A DNA stretch of 30,368 nt from Acidobacteriaceae bacterium. GTDB taxonomy: Bacteria > Acidobacteriota > Terriglobia > Terriglobales > Acidobacteriaceae. Position numbers and translations under genes: made by a program. Shown here in pieces: positions 7,600 through 16,223 of the stretch (position 1 is its first letter; each line of letters starts with the position of its first letter). Where the stretch lies: assembly GCA_027307295.1 (NCBI GenBank), contig DAHUXF010000001.1:1-30368 (forward strand), written 5' to 3'. Below the pieces are notes generated by a model that made no database searches, was not told the DNA's origin, and worked only from the letters and a program-made list of their open reading frames with translations.

Positions 7600-10476
7600 T
7601 CATTTTGTGCGTTCTCTTGTTGGCGTCCAGCGTAACCCAACAGAAACGGTGCGGCTATAGTATTCACGCTGCACTGGGAACTGTTCGCTGCCATTGTAAA
7701 ACCCAAACGTTTCATTGGTGAGGTTGAGCATGGAGACAATCGCCTGAACGCCGTGGACGCGAGGGACCCAGTAGCTGACCTGTGCGTCCACTTGCGTGTG
7801 AGGATAGAGATATTGGTCTCCGTTCGGACCTTTGACTCCGCCCGCAGCGCCATCCTGGAACTGGTAAGCGAAGATGTTAGCGTCATTATGCGTGAGTCCC
7901 ATGCGCGCCGACACACCTTTTTTGTCATAGGTGTAATCGAAGTTCCAGTTGTTCGGCGCCTGGCGCGGCAACGCAGCAGTGCCAGTTCTGCCGAATCCCA
8001 AAGGAAAACTGGCGCTGGATGAAGTGTAACTGTAGTTCGCTCTGATTCCCGAACCATTCAAAAATCCCGGAAGGAATGTAAGCCGTTGCTGCCAGGCCAT
8101 TTCGATTCCCGTAAGATGGGCATGAGGGCCATTGATGGGAGCAGACTGCAGTAATCCGGCGAACTGACCCGATGTGATGGGAGTTATCACGCCCTCATAA
8201 ATGGGATCGGTCAGATATTTATAGAATACGCCGCCCTGAATCATGCCCACGTTCTTGAGATAACGCTCCAGCAGAAGATCGAAATTCTGTGCATGGGTTG
8301 GTTGCAGGTTGGAGTTTCCGGCTGTGACCGCTGGCTGGCCGGCTGCAACGGTGGGATCAAACTTGACGAAGGGAGGCAGGTCGCCAAAGTTTGGCCGTGA
8401 GATGCCCATGCCGTAAGCCGCACGCAAAATCGTGTCAGAGCCAAAACGGTATTGGTACTGCACGCTGGGTAGAACATCAACGTAACTGTTTTCGCCGGGG
8501 ACTTGCACCTGCGATCCCGGCACAAAATTGCGTCCATTTACCTGGATCTGGTTCCCGACGAAGGAATCCTGCGTTCCTTCCACGCGCACCCCCGCCTGCA
8601 AACGGGACTGGCCAAAGTTGATGGTGTTCATCACATAACCGGCGGAGACGCGCTCATCCGTAATAAAGTCTGATGGGATCGTGCGGGCCAGGTCACTCAG
8701 CGCGTTTACGCCGGAATTAAACGCTCCGCGGTTTGCGTTGAACAAAGCAATGATCTTGTTGTAATCCGTGGTTGGGCCATACGTTCCGTATGCGCCGAAG
8801 TAATAGTTCGGATTGGTGAATGAACTCAGAACAGAGCTCATGAAGAAATCCTGGGTTGCACTGAACGTCTGCTGGACGTTCAGTTGTGACTTGTGTGCGT
8901 CGCGCACCTTGGCTCCAAGCTCGATCGTGCTGAAATGCGAGCCGGCAAAGTAAGTCCGGGCAACGGAGATGGCCCCTGTAACGTCCCGCTCGAAAGTATG
9001 GTCATCGCCGGTGGACAAGCGGCTGATAGTGTATAGGTTTGGGTCAAAGATGTTGGCGTTTAGGGCTGTGAGCCGGGGAACGAATGGATTGGTGTTATTG
9101 AGTGCAAATTGAACGGTGCCGTCCCTGAGCGCGTTAGGAACCGCAGGATCACTGGGTGCAGGACTAAAACTGGTCGAGGGAAAAAAGCCGGTAAAACGCG
9201 CCTGGCCCAGGGAAAGTTCATAATTGACGAGCGTTGATCCCTTGTCATATCTTCCCCCGGCAGTCGTGCTGAACAAACGCTGCGACGGCTTGCGGGTAAC
9301 GTGCGCGAAGCTTGAACTTCCGTCCGGATTCGTCAGCGTGGCAGTGGCGAATGAACCAACGGAGGGCGAATAAATCCAGTCCTGGCCACCGTCTTTGAAC
9401 TGTGAAAAGAGACCATGCAGATAGAGGCTGGCGGCTGCACTGAGCCGGTAGTCCATGGCGCCGCCAAAACCGTAACGTGTGCGGTCATACCAGTACTGCC
9501 GTTGGTCATAACCATTCGGCCCTAAAAAAGTTGCGCCACTGTTGAGCGTGTTCACGCCCTGGCTGGGCTCCACGTCATCAATGCCGCGGCCATTCCAGTC
9601 ATAACTGCCGCCCACCAGTATGCCAAAACGATGGTCTGCGCCAAACCGCTGGCCCATGGTTGCGCTGAATTGATCGGCCGTGCGTCCACTGGCAATAGGT
9701 GTGTAGCCTCCCATCCCGAGAACGGTCAGATAAGGCTGGTCCGCGGGGCTCTTGGTGACCAGATTCACGGATCCGCCGATGGCATCGCCTTCCTGATTCG
9801 CGGAAAGGGTCTTACTGATCTCAACCGATTCCACCAGATCGGCGGGAATGGCATCCAGTTTCACATTGCGGACACTCTCTGGAGACGGCAAGTGCATGCC
9901 ATTCACAGTCACATTGCTCAAGCGCGGCTCAGTTCCGCGAATCTGCACATATTTGCCTTCGCCCTCGTCCCGCTCCAGGGAGACGCTGGGCAACCGGCCC
10001 ACGGCGTCGGCGATATTGGTGTTGGGCAAGCTGACAATCACGTCATAAGGCAGCACCTGCAGAACATTGTCGGCTGTGCGCTCCCGGTTGAGCGCCTCTT
10101 CCTCTCCGCGTTGCCGGTCCGCTCTTACTACCACTTCTTCTCTCACTGTTTCGATCTGCAACATAGCGTCCATCTGCGTGACCTCTCCGGCATTCACCGT
10201 GACCTCTGTCGAGTACGGCGCAAATCCGAAGTACGACACGGTAATGGTGTACTTGCCCGGCGTGAGTCCGTAGAAAGTGAATTGGCCTTGCGCGTCAGTA
10301 GATGTGACCTGCTCCCTGGGCTGCACCCGCACGCGTGCCCCCTGGAGAATGCCGCGGTTCTTGTCAGTAACATGACCGATGATGGTTGCTTTGCGTTCCT
10401 GCGCGCGTGATGAAACGATCAATGTAGTGACGGCGAGAATTGCTAAGACAATTGACCTGCAAAAATTGGGTCGCAT
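7600..10476 (-). CDS. TonB-dependent receptor with an N-terminal carboxypeptidase-regulatory-like domain
   Basis: Signal peptide; plug motifs NIADAVGRLPSVSL, YVQIRGTEPRLSNVTVNG, DAIGGSVNLVTK; barrel motifs RPNFGDL, GNSNLQP. GGAGG SD. Confidence 0.92.
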   Translation of the reverse strand: MRPNFCRSIVLAILAVTTLIVSSRAQERKATIIGHVTDKNRGILQGARVRVQPREQVTSTDAQGQFTFYGLTPGKYTITVSYFGFAPYSTEVTVNAGEVTQMDAMLQIETVREEVVVRADRQRGEEEALNRERTADNVLQVLPYDVIVSLPNTNIADAVGRLPSVSLERDEGEGKYVQIRGTEPRLSNVTVNGMHLPSPESVRNVKLDAIPADLVESVEISKTLSANQEGDAIGGSVNLVTKSPADQPYLTVLGMGGYTPIASGRTADQFSATMGQRFGADHRFGILVGGSYDWNGRGIDDVEPSQGVNTLNSGATFLGPNGYDQRQYWYDRTRYGFGGAMDYRLSAAASLYLHGLFSQFKDGGQDWIYSPSVGSFATATLTNPDGSSSFAHVTRKPSQRLFSTTAGGRYDKGSTLVNYELSLGQARFTGFFPSTSFSPAPSDPAVPNALRDGTVQFALNNTNPFVPRLTALNANIFDPNLYTISRLSTGDDHTFERDVTGAISVARTYFAGSHFSTIELGAKVRDAHKSQLNVQQTFSATQDFFMSSVLSSFTNPNYYFGAYGTYGPTTDYNKIIALFNANRGAFNSGVNALSDLARTIPSDFITDERVSAGYVMNTINFGQSRLQAGVRVEGTQDSFVGNQIQVNGRNFVPGSQVQVPGENSYVDVLPSVQYQYRFGSDTILRAAYGMGISRPNFGDLPPFVKFDPTVAAGQPAVTAGNSNLQPTHAQNFDLLLERYLKNVGMIQGGVFYKYLTDPIYEGVITPITSGQFAGLLQSAPINGPHAHLTGIEMAWQQRLTFLPGFLNGSGIRANYSYTSSSASFPLGFGRTGTAALPRQAPNNWNFDYTYDKKGVSARMGLTHNDANIFAYQFQDGAAGGVKGPNGDQYLYPHTQVDAQVSYWVPRVHGVQAIVSMLNLTNETFGFYNGSEQFPVQREYYSRTVSVGLRWTPTRERTK

Positions 10477-10505
10477 GGAACCCTCCGAAAATTTACGAAC
10501 CGGGA

Positions 10506-10559
10506 ATCGTAGTGGGGGCTTGTGAAGAAATTGTGGCTGTCTGGTTAACGCGAGATTAA
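10506..10559 (-). promoter_or_regulatory. Pho-box-like (OmpR-family) activated promoter of the TonB receptor
   Basis: On the minus strand, TTAAT, TTAAC, GCCAC and TTCAC occur at an exact 11-bp period (10559, 10548, 10537, 10526), followed after 10 nt by the -10-like TACGAT (10511-10506). Confidence 0.65.
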
Positions 10560-10704
10560 AATCGTTGGCGCGTCCAGCACTTTCTGGCAGCCATTAGGAG
10601 CGGCGCGGAATTGGTTGTAATGACGAGCTTCTGCTCAATTCCATCCCCTGATTTTCACAAGCCTGCTACAGAGCAGAGGCACTTCGCAGAGCCATAAGTT
10701 AAAC

Positions 10705-10740
10705 AGGGGCGGCGGGAGGTCGGACGCCGCGCCCCTTTTT
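10705..10740 (+). terminator. Intrinsic terminator-like hairpin within the divergent intergenic region
   Basis: AGGGGC-GGCG / CGCC-(gc)-GCCCCT stem followed by a T-run. Confidence 0.55.
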
Positions 10741-10946
10741 CGCGTGGCCACGTTCTCTACCACGGAAAACCCCAGCTTTTTACGAAAATTCCAGGCTTTT
10801 TTTGACTAAATCCCCTCGACAAAGGCCACAGTGAAGTCTAAGCTGGCTGCCGTAAAATTCCGGTCAATGGGGTGTGAATCTTGCGTAAATTCAGGATTGC
10901 GCCGCTGCCGCTCAAAAATCCTTGTCCGCAAGCTTGCAATGAATAT

Positions 10947-10991
10947 TTTTCATTGAATATTCACCTGTTATTCACACGGTTGCTGTGTAAT
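10947..10991 (+). promoter_or_regulatory. Pho-box-like (OmpR-family) activated promoter of the phosphoesterase
   Basis: TTTTCAT (10947), TATTCAC (10958) and TATTCAC (10969) at an 11-bp period, followed after 10 nt by TGTAAT (10986-10991). Confidence 0.7.
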
Positions 10992-11048
10992 GCAGCGGCA
11001 GATATTTCAAGACTTTCTGTGGTTTGAAAGAAAATTAAGGAGAGACAT

Positions 11049-12692
11049 ATGCAATTTCGTGGCGCCCGCCCAGGGCTGGTACTGGTGTTTTTTGCGGTCA
11101 TCGCGTTGCTGGCTGCAAATACAGCCAGGGCCGAAGGCAATCCTCACAGGGCCAAACACATCATCGTCATCATGCAGGAGAACCATTCTTTCGATAACTA
11201 TTTTGGCGCGTTAGCGTATGCGCCGGGCAGTCCGTATCACACACCGCGGCGTGGAGACGGCGACGACCGTGACGACCGCACCGGCGGCTGCCGCCAGAAT
11301 GACCACTCCTGTGTCGACGGCCTGACCTGCCGCGTGGACCACGCCGGCAATTTCACCTGCCTCAACTCCAACCGTGATGACAATGGCAGCACAGTTTTTG
11401 CTTTCCACGATTCCCGGCGTTGCGTGATTCCGGATCTGGACCATGGCTGGGCCAGCACCCATCGTGAAGCCAACTTCAACCATCCGAATGACACGCTTTT
11501 TCAGGGGTTCATGGATGGCTTTGTTCGAATCAATGACCAAACCGAGCAACTCGACATGGGCGTTGAGAACGCGACCGACGACCAGACCATGGCGTTCTAC
11601 AACCAGAATGAAATTCCTTTCTACTATGATCTGGCGCAGAAGTTTGCCATGAATGACCGCTACTTCTCGTCGGTCCTAGGGCCAACGTTCCCCAATCGCT
11701 CTTACCTGATGGCCGCCACATCCTTTGGCCACCTGACCACCAGTGACAGTTTTCCGCCTCCGGGAAGCGGCGGCTACAAGCCCATCACCGGCACCATTTT
11801 TGACCTGATGGAAAAACATGGCGTCACCTGGGCTGACTATTTCCAGGATGTTCCGCAGGGGGGCAGCTTCCGTTCCTTCCCATCGCCTCTTGATCCGCAT
11901 TTCTTGCCGCTTCCCGTCTTCCTGGGACAGCTGGCCGGCAACCCGGCATTACCGCCGTTGCCGCAAGTTTCATTCGTTGACCCCAACCTGGGCGTGCTGG
12001 GCATTACGAAAGAAAACGATGAGCATCCGCCGACCGACATTCAGCGCGGCCAGGCATTCGTCTCGTTGGTGTTGAACTCAATCCGCAACAGCCCATTCTG
12101 GAAAGACAGCATCGTTATCTTTACCTACGACGAGCACGGCGGCTTTTATGATCACGTTCTTCCGCCCCGCGCACGCCAGGGCCACGCTCCTAATCCTGAC
12201 GGCATTAACCCCGGACAGTGCGCTGATCTTTCCAATCCGCCGCTGAGCCTGCAACCCGGCAAAGGCGCGGAATGCTCCACTAACCTGCTGAGCAAGACGG
12301 ACACCACTACGGCGGACGCAGCCGACCTGTGCCCGGAGTTTGCGCTCAATCCCACCGGGCCTTTCCCGGCGGCGTGCGCCAACTTTGATCAATACGGCAT
12401 CCGCGTTCCGTTCATCGTGATCTCGCCCTTCGCCAAGCAAAGCTATGTCTCTCACACTGTAGGCGACCACACTTCCATCCTGGCGCTGATTGAGAAAATC
12501 TTCATGACCACCAGTTCCGGCGACCGCGATGGCGACGATGAAGACGACAGGACTGCGCGTCCTCACCTGACCAAACGCGATCAGCCTGCCAGCACGCTGG
12601 AAGACATGTTTGATTTCGATGGTGCGCCATCACTCAATACCAAACTGGGTGTGGCCCTGCCTCCCGCGCAGGATTGCACACCATCCAAGTAG
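11049..12692 (+). CDS. Secreted phospholipase C / acid phosphatase (phosphoesterase family)
   Basis: Signal peptide; motifs KHIIVIMQENHSFDNYFG, DLDH, GPTFPNR, DEHPP, TYDEHGGFYDHV, GIRVPFIVISPF, DHTSIL. AAGGAG SD. Confidence 0.92.
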   Translation: MQFRGARPGLVLVFFAVIALLAANTARAEGNPHRAKHIIVIMQENHSFDNYFGALAYAPGSPYHTPRRGDGDDRDDRTGGCRQNDHSCVDGLTCRVDHAGNFTCLNSNRDDNGSTVFAFHDSRRCVIPDLDHGWASTHREANFNHPNDTLFQGFMDGFVRINDQTEQLDMGVENATDDQTMAFYNQNEIPFYYDLAQKFAMNDRYFSSVLGPTFPNRSYLMAATSFGHLTTSDSFPPPGSGGYKPITGTIFDLMEKHGVTWADYFQDVPQGGSFRSFPSPLDPHFLPLPVFLGQLAGNPALPPLPQVSFVDPNLGVLGITKENDEHPPTDIQRGQAFVSLVLNSIRNSPFWKDSIVIFTYDEHGGFYDHVLPPRARQGHAPNPDGINPGQCADLSNPPLSLQPGKGAECSTNLLSKTDTTTADAADLCPEFALNPTGPFPAACANFDQYGIRVPFIVISPFAKQSYVSHTVGDHTSILALIEKIFMTTSSGDRDGDDEDDRTARPHLTKRDQPASTLEDMFDFDGAPSLNTKLGVALPPAQDCTPSK

Positions 12693-12763
12693 TTGGAACT
12701 ATTTCAACCAGGCTCGACAAAAAATTTGGCCTGCTGCGAAACACCAGTAGAGAAAGTAATGTG

Positions 12764-12793
12764 AAGATGCCCTCGCGGAAGCGAGGGCATCTT
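12764..12793. terminator. Bidirectional terminator between convergent genes
   Basis: Perfect 13-bp stem AAGATGCCCTCGC / GCGAGGGCATCTT with a GGAA loop. Confidence 0.8.
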
Positions 12794-12852
12794 TGATATG
12801 GCGTATATCCGCCCATGGAATCAGAAAATCTTGACTGTTCTTGTGCTGAGAT

Positions 12853-13215
12853 TCAGAGTTCAAATACTGCGCCGCGGGCAGTCTCTTTCCAGAAGTTGTA
12901 TCCCACAAGCTCCTCTGCCGTGACGGCGGAGTATGTAACAAAAAGCGGCTCGCGCTCTACGAAAGCTGACAGGCGCAGGGGCAGGTGGCCCATCCCGAAG
13001 CCGTCTTCGTCTTTGATGGTCCCCAATGTGAGCGCGCCCGGATCAATGGAGCGCGGACGCTGCTGGAAATGCTGCTTATAGATCCGCACATGGATGATCT
13101 CCCCATCAAGCTTCAGCACTTTGGCGATACTGAAAACGTCGCCATCAATGACAGAGTAGTATCCGCCTTCAAAAAGCTCTGATTGAGCATCGCGACTGGA
13201 AACGGAACCGGGCAT
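12853..13215 (-). CDS. Hypothetical protein, about 120 aa
   Basis: Globular-looking sequence (GGYYS…IAKVLK…IHVRIY…GMGHLPL…ELVGYNFWK). Start uncertain; codons upstream of 13215 lie in a hairpin. Confidence 0.65.
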   Translation of the reverse strand: MPGSVSSRDAQSELFEGGYYSVIDGDVFSIAKVLKLDGEIIHVRIYKQHFQQRPRSIDPGALTLGTIKDEDGFGMGHLPLRLSAFVEREPLFVTYSAVTAEELVGYNFWKETARGAVFEL

Positions 13216-13249
13216 AAAAAGGATGGATGCAGGAAATTCCTGCATCCAT
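13216..13249 (-). terminator. Intrinsic terminator of the rpsP-rplS operon
   Basis: Inverted repeat ATGGATGCAGGAA / TTCCTGCATCCAT (13223-13249), followed on the minus strand by CCUUUUU. Confidence 0.65.
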
Positions 13250-13343
13250 TATGCCTTAAAGACAAATTGCAACCGCAACGAAAGATGCGAAACCAGCCTC
13301 CCTTGCGGAGCTAAAAGATCGTAGCCGGATTACACAAGGACCA

Positions 13344-13730
13344 TTAGCCCTGCGCAGTAGTGGAAGCAGCCGCTTCTGCGCGATGATCAACTTCACGCAG
13401 GCGTGCGGCCTTGCCTTTCAATCCGCGCAGGTAAAAGAGCTTGGCGCGGCGGACCTGGTTGGAGCGCACCACTTCAACTTTGTCGATCACCTTGGAGTTG
13501 AACGGGAAGATGCGCTCTACGCCCTGGCCAAAGCTGACTTTGCGGACGGTGAAACTGCCCTGTGCGCCATTGCGCATGGAGACCACGGTGCCTTCAAACG
13601 CCTGAATGCGTTCTTTGTCCCCTTCTTTGATCTTGACCTGGACGCGGACGCTGTCGCCCGGATTGATGGCAGGGATGTCCTTGCGCTGCAGCTTGGCAGC
13701 GAGTTTTTCCATGATAGGGTGCTGTGACAT
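13344..13730 (-). CDS. rplS: 50S ribosomal protein L19
   Basis: [40 protein letters not shown]. Confidence 0.99.
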   Translation of the reverse strand: MSQHPIMEKLAAKLQRKDIPAINPGDSVRVQVKIKEGDKERIQAFEGTVVSMRNGAQGSFTVRKVSFGQGVERIFPFNSKVIDKVEVVRSNQVRRAKLFYLRGLKGKAARLREVDHRAEAAASTTAQG

Positions 13731-13747
13731 TTTCTTTTCCTCTTCAA

Positions 13748-13763
13748 GGACGTTGCAACGTCC
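13748..13763 (-). promoter_or_regulatory. Perfect palindrome / hairpin immediately 5' of the rplS SD
   Basis: GGACGTTGCAACGTCC, a 16-bp perfect palindrome. Confidence 0.4.
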
Positions 13764-13836
13764 GGAAATCCAACATTTTTTCTGTGGCCGCGCACCGCGC
13801 GCATCAACATGATTCTAACTGTTCTGAACGGCTGAT

Positions 13837-14682
13837 TCATGTTTTCCGCGTTGCTTCGCGGCCCATCTTCTCTTTGGCAATCTTGTCTTCAACGATCTCG
13901 GCCAAAAACTTTTTGTCCTCTGCGCTGAGCGGCTGGCGCTCCAGCAGGTCCGGGCGGTTGCGCGCGGTCTTCTCCAGCGCCTTGCGTCGCCGCCAGCGCC
14001 TTATCTCATCGTGGTTCCCGTTCACCAGCACTTCGGGAACCGGCATCCCGCGAAACTCCGCGGGCCGTGTGTAATGCGGATAATCCAGCAATCCGCCTGA
14101 GGCGCATGTGCTGTCCGGCCCGTCTATGCCGGCTTTTACCTGAGCACTGAAGCTTTCCTGCCGCGCTGAAGCCTCATTGCCCAGCGCGCCCGGCATCAGC
14201 CGGGTAATGGTGTCAACCATTACGGCTGCGCCCAGCTCACCACCGCTCAGCACGTAGTCGCCAATGGAAATCTCGCGGTCCGCCAGCGCTTCCGCTACCC
14301 GCTCATCCACGCCTTCATAGCGGCCGCAGATCAATACAATCCGTTCCAGTGCCGCCAGCTCTTCGGCCATGCCTTGTGTAAACAGCGCGCCTTGCGGTGA
14401 AAGCAGGACCACCGTTTCTTTCGCTTCGCCGGACAGCCGTTGCTCCCGCGGCGCCAGCGCCAGTGATTCAGCGCATGCAAACAGCGGTTCCGGCTTGAGC
14501 ACCATGCCTTCACCACCGCCAAACGGACGGTCATCCACCGTCTTGTGGCGGTCCGTGGTAAAGGCCCGCAGATCGTGCAACAGGATTTCAATGATCCCGG
14601 CTTCGCGCGCCCGGCGCACAATGCCATAGTCCAGCGGCCCGCGAAAGAAGTCCGGAAAAATAGTTACGATCTCGAACTTCAT
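13837..14682 (-). CDS. trmD: tRNA (guanine-N1)-methyltransferase
   Basis: VDDRPFGGGEGM, LLSPQG, ICGRYEGVDERV, SIGDYVLSGGE, LLDYPHYTRP. ATG at 14682 is the likely start. Confidence 0.99.
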   Translation of the reverse strand: MKFEIVTIFPDFFRGPLDYGIVRRAREAGIIEILLHDLRAFTTDRHKTVDDRPFGGGEGMVLKPEPLFACAESLALAPREQRLSGEAKETVVLLSPQGALFTQGMAEELAALERIVLICGRYEGVDERVAEALADREISIGDYVLSGGELGAAVMVDTITRLMPGALGNEASARQESFSAQVKAGIDGPDSTCASGGLLDYPHYTRPAEFRGMPVPEVLVNGNHDEIRRWRRRKALEKTARNRPDLLERQPLSAEDKKFLAEIVEDKIAKEKMGREATRKT

Positions 14683-14689
14683 GGGCACA

Positions 14690-15307
14690 TCAACCAGACT
14701 TCTGTTGCTGCCGCTGTTTTTCTTCCTGGTTCAGCGGCGCATCCAATTCCAGCAGTCCTCTGGGAAGCACCATCTCCACGCGCTTCTGCTCCAGCGCAAT
14801 CTTCTGAATAAAAGCGGAGGCAAAGGGCACCAGTTGCTCCTTTTCTCCCTGCACTACCAGCAGCGGCGCTTCTCCACTGCCGAACTGCACATCTTTGATC
14901 TGGCCAATATTGCGTCCGGCATCCGTCACGGTGCAACCCACCAGATCACTTACATAAAACTCGCCACTGGCCAGTTCCGCGCGTTCCGTTTGCGGGATCT
15001 GGATTTCGCAGCCCACCAACGCCTGGGCGTCATCCATGGAATCCACGCCAGCGAACTTCAGCACCACCATGCCTTTGTGGAACCAGTGTTCTTCCACCGG
15101 CAACTCGCGCCGCAACTCCGGCACTGCACCGCCGCGTGCACCAGAAGCGGCTGTACGCACGGCAAACAACTTTCTGCGTGTGGCAAACCGCTCAGGAAAA
15201 TCAGTGAGCAATGTTGCCGCCACTTCGCCTTTGCGGCCTTGCGTCTTGGCCACTCGCGCGATGGTCACGAACGCGGCTTCACCGGCGCTTTCAGATGACG
15301 ACTTCAT
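14690..15307 (-). CDS. rimM: Ribosome maturation factor RimM
   Basis: IARVAKTQGRKGEV, LKFAGVDSMDDA, GEFYVSDLVGC, LVPF; canonical position in the operon. Confidence 0.97.
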   Translation of the reverse strand: MKSSSESAGEAAFVTIARVAKTQGRKGEVAATLLTDFPERFATRRKLFAVRTAASGARGGAVPELRRELPVEEHWFHKGMVVLKFAGVDSMDDAQALVGCEIQIPQTERAELASGEFYVSDLVGCTVTDAGRNIGQIKDVQFGSGEAPLLVVQGEKEQLVPFASAFIQKIALEQKRVEMVLPRGLLELDAPLNQEEKQRQQQKSG

Positions 15308-15319
15308 TGCAGGGAACCG

Positions 15320-15595
15320 CTATCCGGCAACAGGGCCTTCTTCTTCCTCAATAATCTCCAGCATAAAACGCTTTTTGAACTTCATGCTGGCCGCGCCCAG
15401 TATGGTGCGAATGGATTTGGCAGTTCGCCCCTGCCGTCCAATGACCTTACACAGGTCGGTAGCGGCCACGCGCAGCTCCAAAATCGTGGCGTCGCCATCG
15501 TCAACCGAAGTTACCTGAACTTGTTCTGGAGCGTCCACCAGAGCCTGAGCTATTTGCTCCACGAGCAAACGCATGTCGCCGCCCGCTTCCGTCAT
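15320..15595 (-). CDS. khpA: KH-domain RNA-binding protein (KhpA/YlqC)
   Basis: ALVDAPEQV…[17 protein letters not shown], lying between rpsP and rimM. AAGGA SD supports the ATG at 15595. Confidence 0.92.
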   Translation of the reverse strand: MTEAGGDMRLLVEQIAQALVDAPEQVQVTSVDDGDATILELRVAATDLCKVIGRQGRTAKSIRTILGAASMKFKKRFMLEIIEEEEGPVAG

Positions 15596-15673
15596 AGGGG
15601 AGTCCTTCAAAGTTTGCTTTTGGGCCTGGTCTTGCAACTAGCTTGTTCCCGGAAGAACTGAACTTTCCTGGTC

Positions 15674-15928
15674 TTAGGCCGCCGGTGCAGCGGCAGCTGG
15701 AGACTTGGCGAGCAACCGGCTCACGGTGTCAGAAAGCTGTGCGCCCTTGGAGACCCAGTAATCAATACGGTCACGCTTCAGGTTGATCGTAGTGGGATTG
15801 GTGCGCGGGTTGTAAAGGCCCACCACCTCAACAGAACGGCCATTGCGGGCGCGTTCCTTGTCAATCACCACCACACGGTAATAAGGCTGCTTGCGCGCAC
15901 CAATGCGCGCCAATCGTATCATTAGCAC
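15674..15928 (-). CDS. rpsP: 30S ribosomal protein S16
   Basis: MIRLARIGARKQPYYRVVV…GLYNP…GAQLSDTV. The sequence shows the minus strand (GTG at 15928, TAA at 15676-15674), although the track says '+'. Confidence 0.99.
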   Translation of the reverse strand: MLMIRLARIGARKQPYYRVVVIDKERARNGRSVEVVGLYNPRTNPTTINLKRDRIDYWVSKGAQLSDTVSRLLAKSPAAAAPAA

Positions 15929-15981
15929 TGTTGCACTAAATCCTTTCCTGATTAGGACCCGGCAATACCGGGCAAGTTGTT

Positions 15982-16010
15982 ATTATCTCGTAAGTTGCGG
16001 GGATTAGCAA
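15982..16010 (-). promoter_or_regulatory. Sigma70-type promoter of the rpsP operon
   Basis: TTGCTA-N17-GATAAT on the minus strand. Confidence 0.55.
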
Positions 16011-16223
16011 GATGGGTACACTCCGGCCCCGCCAGCAATGCACGGAAATTCCCGCTCGGCGAAATGCCGTAGTACTCCCATAGGCCACCCATAGCAGTCT
16101 CCATTGGCACCAGAAACTCCCCTCGCCGCCATCCGTATTCCCATCCCAGCTTACTCACTGCTGTCAACATCAACTGAAAAGGGGAACATTACTATTGTGG
16201 TATGAGAACGCCATTTCCTTGTC

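Noticed and set aside
9631-10410. 259-aa antisense ORF, and similar long antisense ORFs at 12078-12566, 20472-21176, 23819-24337 and 24690-25346
   Set aside because: They lie fully opposite well-supported genes, lack SDs and family motifs, and are expected at this GC content.
15674-15928. ORF track labels the S16 ORF as plus strand
   Set aside because: The protein is read only from the reverse complement (CAC at 15926-15928, TTA at 15674-15676). This is a label error, not an inverted rpsP.
15952-16173. 73-aa minus-strand ORF upstream of rpsP
   Set aside because: It runs through the rpsP promoter and leader, with no SD or recognisable features.
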